Origin: Candidatus Thalassarchaeaceae archaeon
GTDB lineage: Archaea; Thermoplasmatota; Poseidoniia; Poseidoniales; Thalassarchaeaceae
Length of the DNA stretch: 64,000 bases
NCBI GenBank assembly: GCA_030747675.1
Contig: JASLKH010000035.1
Span: forward strand, 1 to 64,000
Reading direction: 5' to 3'
Shown: positions 27,535-36,886 of the stretch, one piece after another
How positions within the stretch are numbered: position 1 is the first letter of the stretch
Layout: the number at the start of each line of letters is the position of its first letter
Made by a program: the position numbers and the translations under genes
Notes under the pieces: generated by a model
The model's input: only the letters and a program-made list of their open reading frames with translations
The model's database searches: none
Told to the model about the DNA's origin: nothing

Positions 27535-30500
27535 GTGCGTTCGCGAGTTTCTTACGCCCTCGTTCTGCTTTTCTTGTTGCAGATTTGGACTCCAGTATAT
27601 TCAATCGAGCTTGATGCCCACTCTAGTGCGAGGCAATTTAACGCCAATGATGCTTGGAATGAGACAACATTCCGAGATATTGCTGTGCTTGAACCGTTTT
27701 CACACCAATCATTTGCAGATTATAGCGATGTAGCCATAATCATCAATAATCAAAGTGTGGAAAGTAAAATCATTGGAACTGCATTTGCACTATCCCGAAA
27801 CATTCCTCCAGAGAGAATTTTACTATTGACGAATGAAAGCACACCATCGAGCGAAATTATCAATTCAAATCAATTTACAACATTCTTTGCCGATCCAATT
27901 TCCCAGATGATTAATACTCGAAACCTCACAAATTTGAACGTCCTAGTGACGACGAAGGGGGTCCCATTGGGCGTCAATGGTGGTACAAACTCACGGGCAT
28001 CCTTTGATTCTGAATTGGCACTCATAAACGGACCTTATGCGTCATCTATCTTCGCTGATTTACATGTAAATTCAAACTATGGGTTGGCAGCTGGAAACGA
28101 AATGAAAGCCTTTGATCGAGACGAACAAGGATACTACCTTGTTAGCCGATTGACAGGATATGACGTAGAGACAGCATTAGGGTTAATTGCCAAAACCAAC
28201 AACAGTATAGGGCAAAATGGTTTTTCCGTTCTCGATTTAGCCACTAACCGAAATGGTTCGGGATATAAATGGTGGAATGATTTGCTATATACAACGAATG
28301 AGACTCTAACGAATATGGGATTCCCTGTACATTTCAATCAAAATAGTACATTTGTTACCAATATGGAAAATGTCTCGATGTATGCTGCTTGGGGGAGTAA
28401 CGATGGTTCTTGGGATGGCAATCACTTGGCGAATGCCGGATACGATACATCGGATGGTAGTTGGTCTACGGGGTCGCGATATTGGGATGGAGTCGCTCCT
28501 TCACTTTCGCCAGGAGAACAATGGTGGTGGGCCCGACAAACTGATACTAAAAGGAATGGGAATGCGGCAATGGAAGGGCGCCTTGAAGATGCGGCATGTG
28601 GTGCCAATGATGCGGCGACAACTCATGGTTTACTTGCAGAATATTTCGACAACAATGGTATCACATACAATATCAGTACGATGGTCAATCTCTCAGGGCG
28701 TACCCCTGACTTCGTTCGTCATGAGCCGAATATTGATTGGCCATCAACTCAAAATGCTTGGACTGGTTTGGATAGTCGGTTCCTTGAATATTGGAGTGCA
28801 CGACATTCCGGAATTATCCACGTTCCAGCTGCCGGTAATTGGACATTCTACTTGCGCAGTGATGATGGTTCAAAGCTGTGGATAGATGATGTGGAAATTG
28901 TTGACAACCAAGGTCACCATTCCATGCGAGAAATATCAGGTTCCGTTTGGTTAGATTCTGGAGAACATACATTGAGAACAGAATTTTTTGAACACGGAGG
29001 GTATGCAGGTTTAGAACTAAAATGGGAAGGCCCAGGGGTTTCCAAACAAACAGTTCCAACCAATGTATTGACTCGCGGAAGTAGTTTCCCAGTCCGTGAA
29101 TCTAGTTTGATTCATCATTGGGAATTCGATGAAAGTAGTGGTGATATTGCAAACGATTCTGTCGGTTCAGCACACCTCAATTTCACAGGGACCAATGGGA
29201 ATCAATGGCGGACCTGTGTACTGGGAAATTGCGCTTTTTTTGATGGTATTGATGATGAAGCGAGAGTTGATGTCGCAGATTCAGTAACAGATTTTACCGT
29301 CAGTCTTTGGGTTCAAGCCAATCATTCAGGACAATCGATACATGCCTCTGCCATCGCAGTCAACGATGTGGCTGGTGACGATGATTCCTTCCAGATTCAA
29401 ACTGGAGGAGGTAACCCCGGAGATTGGGAGTTATACCACAATAATTCGTACAGCTTCGGGACTGTCGACCCAACAGTATGGCAGCACCTCGTTACAACAT
29501 TTGAGAATGACAGTGTCACACTCTACCTCGATGGTACAGAAATCATCAGTCAAAATGTGCCAAACGGGACTGTAAATAGCATTGAAATTTACAAATTTGG
29601 TGTAAACCGCGCAGGAAATACTCATTTTGCAGGAGTCATAGATGAGGTTCAAATTTGGGATTCAGCATTGACAAGTCAAGAAGTTGAGGACATACATGAT
29701 GAAATTGTTTGGATTTGCCCTGGTTTCAATACTACCAACAATTCAGTAACCTATGTCGAACAAACTGTCACCATCATGGAGTCTGGAGATTCTCTCGATG
29801 CCAATCATGCTTGGATACTAGATGGTTATTCGATGAGAGAAGGTTGGGTCGAAGGTGACTGGTGGTTGGAAGTTGAAGCGTACGATGTAAATGGTACTTC
29901 TCTCTCCATCAATGTGTCCGATCGTCGGTCCTTTTCAGATGATTGGCAAAGTAGACAACTTCGCTTCCGCCCCGATATACAGGTGGCCAGTTTTTCTATC
30001 CGTCAAGTTGCAGAGTTTTCCGATGGGACTTACAATGGTTCTATTTTCTTTGATACTTTGAAACTCTATCCAATTAGACCACATTTCACTTGGTTGAATG
30101 GGAGTATTGCTGAAACAGCAGTGAGTACTGGTGGGCGTACATTCATGTTTAATTCCAGTTATGGACAAAGTTTGGTCGCCGACTTGCTCGAGGATGGTGT
30201 GTCGGGCGTCAAGGGTTATGTCTACGAGCCTTACCTTTCAGGAGTTTCCAATCCAGAGCAACTTCTCTCATGTTATGGAAATGGATTTACGATGTCAGAA
30301 TGTTATGCTGCATCAAATGTCATGCTATCTTGGATGGGGACGGTCGTAGGAGATCCAAAGATGGCGGCATATTCGAACCGATTACATGATGTGAATATTT
30401 CAAACATCAGAGCCCCTGAAATTCTAAGCAAAGGTTTCAATGGTTCCGTGGAAGTTCTTCTAGAAAATTTAGCCCCAGCAGAAGCGATTGGACAAATTGA

Positions 30501-32676
30501 AGTTCGTGACAGACAAAACAATATTTTATTGGCCAACATTTCATTGACAATACCTGGGGGAAATGAAATCGGTAGCCGGTTAATATTACCAGTAAATATT
30601 ACCCCAATTCGAACTGGGTTTGTCGAATTACTAGTACGCTGGATTCCCTCTGATACATCGTCTCCTGAACGAGTGACTACAAACAATCTAGGTATTTTGA
30701 ATATTCAAATTAATGCTGTTCCTGAAATCACAGCAAGTAGTTGTTCTACAACACAAGTAACAAGAGGAGGCGTTGTAACTTGCGAGGTTCAAGTCGAAGA
30801 CGACTTTGGAGTGATTCGTGGAAGCATGTTTTGGCAAATCAATGCTACTACATCTTCAGCAAATTGGACCGAAGTTAATGCAGGGGGTTTGGCATCAGAT
30901 ACACGTTGGATAGCAAGCATAACTATCCCTGCAAATATTACTCTAGGGTATGTGGATTTACATTGGACTGTTTTTGATGCTCAAAACTTATCTGATGAAA
31001 TTTGGATTGAGAACGCATTTTCCATTTCAGATGCGCAAGCAACTTGGTATGGACCACATGTTCAGAATGTTGATCAATCACCATGGATAGGCATGAATAA
31101 TCCACCATCCAATGCAATCGGTTGGATACGGGGGCAAACACATATATTATCGGCATGCGTTGTCGATTTAGACCACAATATCGAACTTGATTTGCCAATA
31201 TTTCGCGTCAATGGGGATGAACTCCCACCTTCGTCTATTTCAGGGGTGTCGGGTAGTCAAACATGTTACCAAACATTGTGGGCACCCCCTGCTGGTGGTT
31301 CTTTAGATTCAGTTCACATCACTTTGTATTCAAAAGGGATTGAATGGAATAACCGAACACTCACTCCAATTGATTTGCCCCCAACAGCTGAAATAATCGA
31401 TGTCGAATATCTCAATGGAGCAAATGATGAAATCGAAATCAGAATAATCGATGAAGATGATCCCAGTGCTATCTTTGAATTCGATGCAATGATTACTTGG
31501 CCTGGTTTAGAAATTCAACAGGCAATTGATGGACCTGTAACTGCACCTGCAGGTTTGCAACAAGGAGAGGCAACCATCCATGCTATGATTACCAATGGAG
31601 ATTGGACTAATCTCTCTTGGGAATGGGCCCGGAGCGTATACCTTTTACCACCAGTGATTTCCACACCTATCATATGCAAAGAAAGCACGATAGTAAATCA
31701 CCTAACAAGGGGAGTTGGAGGTTCTTATGTATGGGTTGGTGTCTCCGATGGGCGGCCAATTGATACCGGCGAAATAGAATTTTCAACCGATTCAAATCAA
31801 AACTTGATTGTCTCCTTTCCAATTGTCGAAAAATTGACTCCCCCTCCAACGTGCACCCCAGGTTCAATTGAAACCACTGAATATTATAGATTGATGATTT
31901 CTGAGGAGGCTGTCAAAAGTAATTCTCTCGGCGAATCTGAAATGCGTGTCATTTTACATGATATTGATGGGTATACTGGTTACTCTGATTTCAACAATAT
32001 AGACATTAGGGGAGCTTCGCCGAAACTCAATTTTACACTAATTCCATCAAACATTACATCTGGTAAAGAAACTACTCTTGTAGTGAAAGTCAATGATGCA
32101 GATGGAAATGAGGGTACCGAATGTTCAGTTCTGTTATCAAATTCAGATGGAATTACACTAATTTCTGCTGTATATTATCCTGCTGAAAATGGAGAATGGA
32201 ACAATACTTGGATTCCACCAGGGCGAGATGCTGGAAATTACACATTGCAATTTGCGTGTCTAGATATTTCTGGATTGGATGCAAAGGAAGAAATTATCTT
32301 GCAAGTAGCCCAAGGTACTACTGTTCCAACAGGGGAAAATAACACAGGTAAGTCAGCCGATTTGGAATCACAATTTTTGAGTACACAAATGATCATTGCG
32401 ATTGTCATTCTGATTGCATTGTTTCTAATTGTATCAAGCTTATTGTTTACAAAAAAGGATGGGGCTGAATTTGAAGATATTGAAGAGGAATTGAGCGAGG
32501 ATGCTTGGTCACGAAATGCCGGAGAAGTAAGTGATGATATTCTTCTTGAAATGGCTGGTATTTCAAATGAAAAAAGTGATTTAATGAATGAATCAATTTC
32601 CGATTGGTCTGACAATGAACTTCTTGCTGCAGGTTGGACGCGGAAGCAAATTGATTCGTATCGAGAGGAAGAATAG
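27535..32676 (+). CDS. Giant surface protein: TIGR03790-family domain interrupted by CBM-like, PA14 and LamG domains, followed by Ig-like repeats and a TM anchor
   Basis: YLVSRLTG, YAAWGSND, then later AETAVSTGGRTF...GQSLVADLL..GVSGVKGYVYEP...WMGTVVGDP. PA14 motifs GLLAEYF and FYLRSDDGSKLWID; LamG motifs HWEFDE, WQHLVTT, GVIDEVQIW. Confidence 0.85.
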   Translation: MRSRVSYALVLLFLLQIWTPVYSIELDAHSSARQFNANDAWNETTFRDIAVLEPFSHQSFADYSDVAIIINNQSVESKIIGTAFALSRNIPPERILLLTNESTPSSEIINSNQFTTFFADPISQMINTRNLTNLNVLVTTKGVPLGVNGGTNSRASFDSELALINGPYASSIFADLHVNSNYGLAAGNEMKAFDRDEQGYYLVSRLTGYDVETALGLIAKTNNSIGQNGFSVLDLATNRNGSGYKWWNDLLYTTNETLTNMGFPVHFNQNSTFVTNMENVSMYAAWGSNDGSWDGNHLANAGYDTSDGSWSTGSRYWDGVAPSLSPGEQWWWARQTDTKRNGNAAMEGRLEDAACGANDAATTHGLLAEYFDNNGITYNISTMVNLSGRTPDFVRHEPNIDWPSTQNAWTGLDSRFLEYWSARHSGIIHVPAAGNWTFYLRSDDGSKLWIDDVEIVDNQGHHSMREISGSVWLDSGEHTLRTEFFEHGGYAGLELKWEGPGVSKQTVPTNVLTRGSSFPVRESSLIHHWEFDESSGDIANDSVGSAHLNFTGTNGNQWRTCVLGNCAFFDGIDDEARVDVADSVTDFTVSLWVQANHSGQSIHASAIAVNDVAGDDDSFQIQTGGGNPGDWELYHNNSYSFGTVDPTVWQHLVTTFENDSVTLYLDGTEIISQNVPNGTVNSIEIYKFGVNRAGNTHFAGVIDEVQIWDSALTSQEVEDIHDEIVWICPGFNTTNNSVTYVEQTVTIMESGDSLDANHAWILDGYSMREGWVEGDWWLEVEAYDVNGTSLSINVSDRRSFSDDWQSRQLRFRPDIQVASFSIRQVAEFSDGTYNGSIFFDTLKLYPIRPHFTWLNGSIAETAVSTGGRTFMFNSSYGQSLVADLLEDGVSGVKGYVYEPYLSGVSNPEQLLSCYGNGFTMSECYAASNVMLSWMGTVVGDPKMAAYSNRLHDVNISNIRAPEILSKGFNGSVEVLLENLAPAEAIGQIEVRDRQNNILLANISLTIPGGNEIGSRLILPVNITPIRTGFVELLVRWIPSDTSSPERVTTNNLGILNIQINAVPEITASSCSTTQVTRGGVVTCEVQVEDDFGVIRGSMFWQINATTSSANWTEVNAGGLASDTRWIASITIPANITLGYVDLHWTVFDAQNLSDEIWIENAFSISDAQATWYGPHVQNVDQSPWIGMNNPPSNAIGWIRGQTHILSACVVDLDHNIELDLPIFRVNGDELPPSSISGVSGSQTCYQTLWAPPAGGSLDSVHITLYSKGIEWNNRTLTPIDLPPTAEIIDVEYLNGANDEIEIRIIDEDDPSAIFEFDAMITWPGLEIQQAIDGPVTAPAGLQQGEATIHAMITNGDWTNLSWEWARSVYLLPPVISTPIICKESTIVNHLTRGVGGSYVWVGVSDGRPIDTGEIEFSTDSNQNLIVSFPIVEKLTPPPTCTPGSIETTEYYRLMISEEAVKSNSLGESEMRVILHDIDGYTGYSDFNNIDIRGASPKLNFTLIPSNITSGKETTLVVKVNDADGNEGTECSVLLSNSDGITLISAVYYPAENGEWNNTWIPPGRDAGNYTLQFACLDISGLDAKEEIILQVAQGTTVPTGENNTGKSADLESQFLSTQMIIAIVILIALFLIVSSLLFTKKDGAEFEDIEEELSEDAWSRNAGEVSDDILLEMAGISNEKSDLMNESISDWSDNELLAAGWTRKQIDSYREEE

Positions 32677-32719
32677 CAAATGTTTGAAGAATGATTACAT
32701 CGTCATAGTGATGATTCAG

Positions 32720-32953
32720 ATGGCAATTGGATATGTTTTGATCAATGTCAGCCCCGGAAAAGAGCTTGAAGTATACCAGATTGCAAGTAACATTGATGCA
32801 GTGAAAGATGCTACTCTTTTATTTGGTGATTACGACATCATTCTCAAATTGGAATCTGAAAGCTTAGGGGATATTGCAGGAGTGGTTGTAGAAAAGATTC
32901 GACAAATAGAAGGAGTAACTGAAACAAAAACTCTTGCTGGTGCTGATATTTGA
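32720..32953 (+). CDS. Stand-alone Lrp/AsnC ligand-binding (RAM) domain protein
   Basis: GYVLIN...LFGDYDIILKL...IRQIEGVTETKTL; no HTH domain. Confidence 0.88.
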   Translation: MAIGYVLINVSPGKELEVYQIASNIDAVKDATLLFGDYDIILKLESESLGDIAGVVVEKIRQIEGVTETKTLAGADI

Positions 32954-33018
32954 AATTGTAAAATCGATACAAACCCATTACGAGATAAAGTTATACGGGG
33001 TTTGGTATTAGGAATTCC

Positions 33019-33342
33019 ATGGCAACATACTCACAGAGCAGATTTTGGGCACTTTTCACATTCAAATGGCTACCAACCCTCATCTTCCCCAGTAAGATGT
33101 CTGTATCAACAAATACAGTGGAATTTTTCAAGCGTCGTGGAGTGATTCTTTTTTGGCTTGTTGACGAAGAGCGAATGTCTGGGAAACAGATTTCTTCCGT
33201 TCGCGTAAAGAAAGGTATTTTTTGGGATACTGTTTCTATTGATACCACTGGTGGTTCTAATGTTCTTGAACTTAAGGGCATGAAGAAGAGTACATCAAAT
33301 AAACTTCGGGACGAGATTCAGAACGTCATCATGAATCATTGA
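33019..33342 (+). CDS. Bacterial PH-like domain protein
   Basis: Beta-rich pattern ISSVRVKKGIFWDTVSIDTTGG followed by a C-terminal helix. Confidence 0.55.
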   Translation: MATYSQSRFWALFTFKWLPTLIFPSKMSVSTNTVEFFKRRGVILFWLVDEERMSGKQISSVRVKKGIFWDTVSIDTTGGSNVLELKGMKKSTSNKLRDEIQNVIMNH

Positions 33343-33725
33343 TTCCCATGCAAGTCCAACCTTCTGGTATTGCGATACAAGATAGTGTCGTTGGAGGGGA
33401 TCTCCATACAGGTAATGTCGTTCACAACCATTACCATTTAGTTCAAAAAAATCCTCGTGATGATGATGCCAAAATAATTCAACCAGTGGGCTGTGCATCA
33501 TCAGGCCAATTAGAAGAAAGGCAATTATCGGATGCATATTTGCTTTGGTTTTTGTTCGGTTTGTTAGGTGGGCACAGATTTTATCTTAGAGATTTTACAG
33601 GTGGTTTTCTTTATTTCTTTACAATTGGATTTTTTGGAATAGGCTGGTTCGTAGATGCTTTTCGATTACCAAGCCTAGTCCAATCCTCTAACAATGATCT
33701 CAGTATCCAGTCCCATCACCCTTGA
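33339..33725 (+). CDS. TM2/NINE domain protein
   Basis: AYLLWFLFGLLGGHRFYL...FFTIGFFGIGWFVD; 4-nt overlap with the upstream gene. Confidence 0.88.
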   Translation: MIPMQVQPSGIAIQDSVVGGDLHTGNVVHNHYHLVQKNPRDDDAKIIQPVGCASSGQLEERQLSDAYLLWFLFGLLGGHRFYLRDFTGGFLYFFTIGFFGIGWFVDAFRLPSLVQSSNNDLSIQSHHP

Positions 33726-33907
33726 GTGAAAATGCGCTAGTTTTTCTTATTCCGTTTCCAAAAAAACCTCTAAAAGAGGGGTTGCTCAGAAGTCAATGTA
33801 CAGCAGTGGTAACCGAAAAAAACTACCAATTGGGGCGCAGTGATGCGTTTTTTAGACGGAAACATTAAGACCCGTTGTAAAATCGTGCTAAGCAGAGGTG
33901 TAACCTC

Positions 33908-34177
33908 ATGGGAGAAAAGAAATACTTCGTCCTGATGAAGGGCGGTAAGGACACAAGCCAGGTCTTCGCAAGCCGACAACCACGTGGTGCGGCATTGAAG
34001 GCGGCCACTCGTGGCACAACAGACATACATCTGCGTGAGCGCGGTACAAAGCGCGTACACGTGTTTAACGGATGGACTGAAATGGTTGACCCTCCGGCAT
34101 CTGCGCCGGCATGGCTCAAAGGCAAGGGTAAAATCAAGAAGGCTAACGTGAAGAAACTTCGCGTTGACCATCTCTGA
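33908..34177 (+). CDS. Non-histone chromosomal protein MC1
   Basis: YFVL...FASRQPRGAALKAATRG...LRERGTKRVHVFNG; basic, 89 aa. Confidence 0.92.
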   Translation: MGEKKYFVLMKGGKDTSQVFASRQPRGAALKAATRGTTDIHLRERGTKRVHVFNGWTEMVDPPASAPAWLKGKGKIKKANVKKLRVDHL

Positions 34178-34221
34178 TCAATTAATGCGAACCTGACTTA
34201 ATCAAACACAAGATGACACAC

Positions 34222-34266
34222 GGGCTCGGATGAGGCGTTAATGCGCCTCATTCGAGTCTTTTTTTG
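34222..34266 (+). terminator. Long hairpin followed by a T-tract (intrinsic terminator-like) after MC1
   Basis: CTCGGATGAGGCG-TTAATG-CGCCTCATTCGAG (13 bp, one G-U), then TC and a run of T. Confidence 0.75.
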
Positions 34267-34285
34267 TTTCAAATAGCCGATTTGA

Positions 34286-35056
34286 TTACTTCCGTAGCCC
34301 GAGTTTCTTTGCAATTATGGCAACTGGGTCGTAATATTCAGTGACTACGCGTTCCTTGAGGGGAATTATTGCATTGTCAGTGATGTTGATTCCAGCTGGA
34401 CAAACTTCAGTACAGCAACGTGTAATATTGCAATATCCCAAACCATAGTCATCCTTAATCATACTAATTCTGTCATCTTCATCCATTGGATGCATCTCAA
34501 GATTCGCAAGTCGGACGAAGAATCTAGGGCCTGCAAATTCATCGAATAATTGGTGCTCTCGCATTACGTGGCATGTGTTGACACAAAGCATGCATTCGAT
34601 ACATGCTCTGAATTCCTGCACTCGATCCGCTTCATTTTGATTGAATGCCCAATCCATTTCTTCTGGCCCCTTCAATGGAGGGATTGTTTTGTTGAGGTCG
34701 TACGCCCATCCAATATCAGTCACCAAATCCTTCGTTAGAGGGAATGCCTGCATTGGTTTGACAACAACAGGTTGACCTTCAGGAGTTTCCTCCATGATAT
34801 CTTCCATCCTTGTCATACACATTAGACGGGGTTTTCCGTTGACTTCAGCACCACAAGAACCACACTTTCCAGCCTTACAATTCCATCTACAAGACATATC
34901 AGGAGCATGTTCAGCTTGGATGCTATGAATGACATCTAGTACGACCATCCCTTCATCCATGTCAACAGTGTAGTCTACCATCTGCCCCGTTGGAACACCA
35001 TCTTCGTTTGGCTCACCTCGGAAGACTCGGAAAGTAACATCTTCAGTCATTTTCAC
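34286..35056 (-). CDS. sdhB: Succinate dehydrogenase/fumarate reductase iron-sulfur subunit
   Basis: CRWNCKAGKCGSC, CIECMLCVNTC, CNITRCCTEVCP. Confidence 0.95.
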   Translation of the reverse strand: MKMTEDVTFRVFRGEPNEDGVPTGQMVDYTVDMDEGMVVLDVIHSIQAEHAPDMSCRWNCKAGKCGSCGAEVNGKPRLMCMTRMEDIMEETPEGQPVVVKPMQAFPLTKDLVTDIGWAYDLNKTIPPLKGPEEMDWAFNQNEADRVQEFRACIECMLCVNTCHVMREHQLFDEFAGPRFFVRLANLEMHPMDEDDRISMIKDDYGLGYCNITRCCTEVCPAGINITDNAIIPLKERVVTEYYDPVAIIAKKLGLRK

Positions 35057-36885
35057 TCCTCCTCATGCAAGTCTGCCGCATCAAGCAATTTCTTTAGTCG
35101 TTCAGGAATTGGTGGATACGAGACGTGTGATAGATTCATCTCACCGTTATCATCCATCACAATCACACTGTTGATATTACCCCACTTTCCATGGTCTGGA
35201 ACTGGGAAATCAAGTCGTGTGTGCCCCCCCCTACTTTCTTCACGAGACAGTGCTGCCATAGCACACATCTTGCTGATGTCAATCATTGCTCCAATTTCTA
35301 ATGCCTGATGCCAGCCAGGGTTGTAAATTCTAGTGCCGCCTGGAGATGTACTGATTTCTCGATCTCTAAAACTCTCCAACTCTACAAGTGCTTCCTGAAG
35401 TTGCCCACCATCGCGAATAATTCCCACCTTCAATTGCATCAATTCGCGCAGATCTTGGACTACCTTTGCTGGGTTTTCTCCACCTTTTCTTTTCAGTGGG
35501 GCAAGAGTTTGTTCAATTGCCTCATTAATTTCCTTAGAATCTATGTCTAGATACTCTTTGATTTCAACAGCAGCAGCAGCAGCATATTCACCAGCTCGCT
35601 TTCCAAATGTTATGAGATCTGACAATGAATTTCCACCAAGTCGATTTGCACCATGCAAACCTGTGGCAGCTTCACCTGCGGCATAAAGACCCGGGATTGT
35701 AGACTCCTGTGTTTCAGGATTTACTTTGACTCCCCCCATCACATAATGTGCAGTCGGACCCACTTCCATTGGTTCCTTGGTAATATCCACTGCTGCAAGT
35801 TCCATGAATTGATGATACATTCCTGGTAATTTCTTCTTAACCTGTTCTTCAGGTCTCCAAGAAATGTTGAGATATGCACCTCCATGAATGGATGCTCGTC
35901 CTGCTTCTCTTTCAGAATTAATCGCTTTTGCCACCACGTCGCGAGTTAACAATTCAGGGGGGCGGCGGGCTGTTGGAGTTTCATCCGCAACAATAGACTG
36001 TACCCAATCCATCGCTTCTGCTTCTGTATCTGCAAACTCCTCGCGATACATTTCAGGGACATAATCAAACATGAAACGCTTGCCTTCAGAATTAGTCAGC
36101 ATTCCACCTTCTCCCCGTACACCCTCAGTAACCAGAATTCCTTTCACCGATGGTGGCCATATCATTCCAGTTGGATGAAATTGAACAAATTCCATATCGC
36201 CCATCTCTGCTCCAGCCCAATATGCTAGAGCATGCCCTTCTCCGGTATATTCCCACGAACCAGAGCAGACTGCCCAGCACCGAGTAATTCCACCTGTTGC
36301 AAGAATTGTTGTTTTTGCCTTGAATACATGGAGGGAGCCATCAACGCGATTATAGGCAAAACAACCTGACAAACGGCCGTTTGTTTTGAATAAGTGACGT
36401 ACAGTATATTCCATAAAAACCTCCATCCCAGTATGGATTCCACGTTCTTGTAATGTTCGAATCAACTCGAGACCAGTTGCATCTCCAATATGTGCTAATC
36501 TTGGATAAGTATGCCCTCCAAAATTTCGTTGATTGGTTAGTCCACTGGGTGTTCGATCAAATATAGCACCCCATTGCTCAAGTTCTCTAATCCGATCTGG
36601 TGATTCCTTGGCATGGTATTCAGCCATCCTCCAGTCTCCAAGATATTTCCCTCCCTTCATCGTATCTCGGAAATGAGTTTCCCATGAATCTCGCGGATCT
36701 TTGTTCCCTAAGGCTGCCGCAGCCCCTCCTTCTGCCATTACTGTGTGTGCCTTCCCCAGCATGGATTTACAAATCACTGCCACAGATGCGCCTTTTTTTG
36801 TAGCTTCAATCGCAGCACGTAGACCTGCTCCTCCAGCACCTATGACAACAACATCGTACTCATGGGTTGTATACTTCTCACTCAT
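35053..36885 (-). CDS. sdhA: Succinate dehydrogenase/fumarate reductase flavoprotein subunit
   Basis: GAGGAG, AHTVMAEGG (FAD-linked His), QFHPT, EGVRGEGG, HYVMGG, HGANRLGGNSL, ESRGGH. Confidence 0.96.
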   Translation of the reverse strand: MSEKYTTHEYDVVVIGAGGAGLRAAIEATKKGASVAVICKSMLGKAHTVMAEGGAAAALGNKDPRDSWETHFRDTMKGGKYLGDWRMAEYHAKESPDRIRELEQWGAIFDRTPSGLTNQRNFGGHTYPRLAHIGDATGLELIRTLQERGIHTGMEVFMEYTVRHLFKTNGRLSGCFAYNRVDGSLHVFKAKTTILATGGITRCWAVCSGSWEYTGEGHALAYWAGAEMGDMEFVQFHPTGMIWPPSVKGILVTEGVRGEGGMLTNSEGKRFMFDYVPEMYREEFADTEAEAMDWVQSIVADETPTARRPPELLTRDVVAKAINSEREAGRASIHGGAYLNISWRPEEQVKKKLPGMYHQFMELAAVDITKEPMEVGPTAHYVMGGVKVNPETQESTIPGLYAAGEAATGLHGANRLGGNSLSDLITFGKRAGEYAAAAAVEIKEYLDIDSKEINEAIEQTLAPLKRKGGENPAKVVQDLRELMQLKVGIIRDGGQLQEALVELESFRDREISTSPGGTRIYNPGWHQALEIGAMIDISKMCAMAALSREESRGGHTRLDFPVPDHGKWGNINSVIVMDDNGEMNLSHVSYPPIPERLKKLLDAADLHEEE

Positions 36886-36886
36886 T

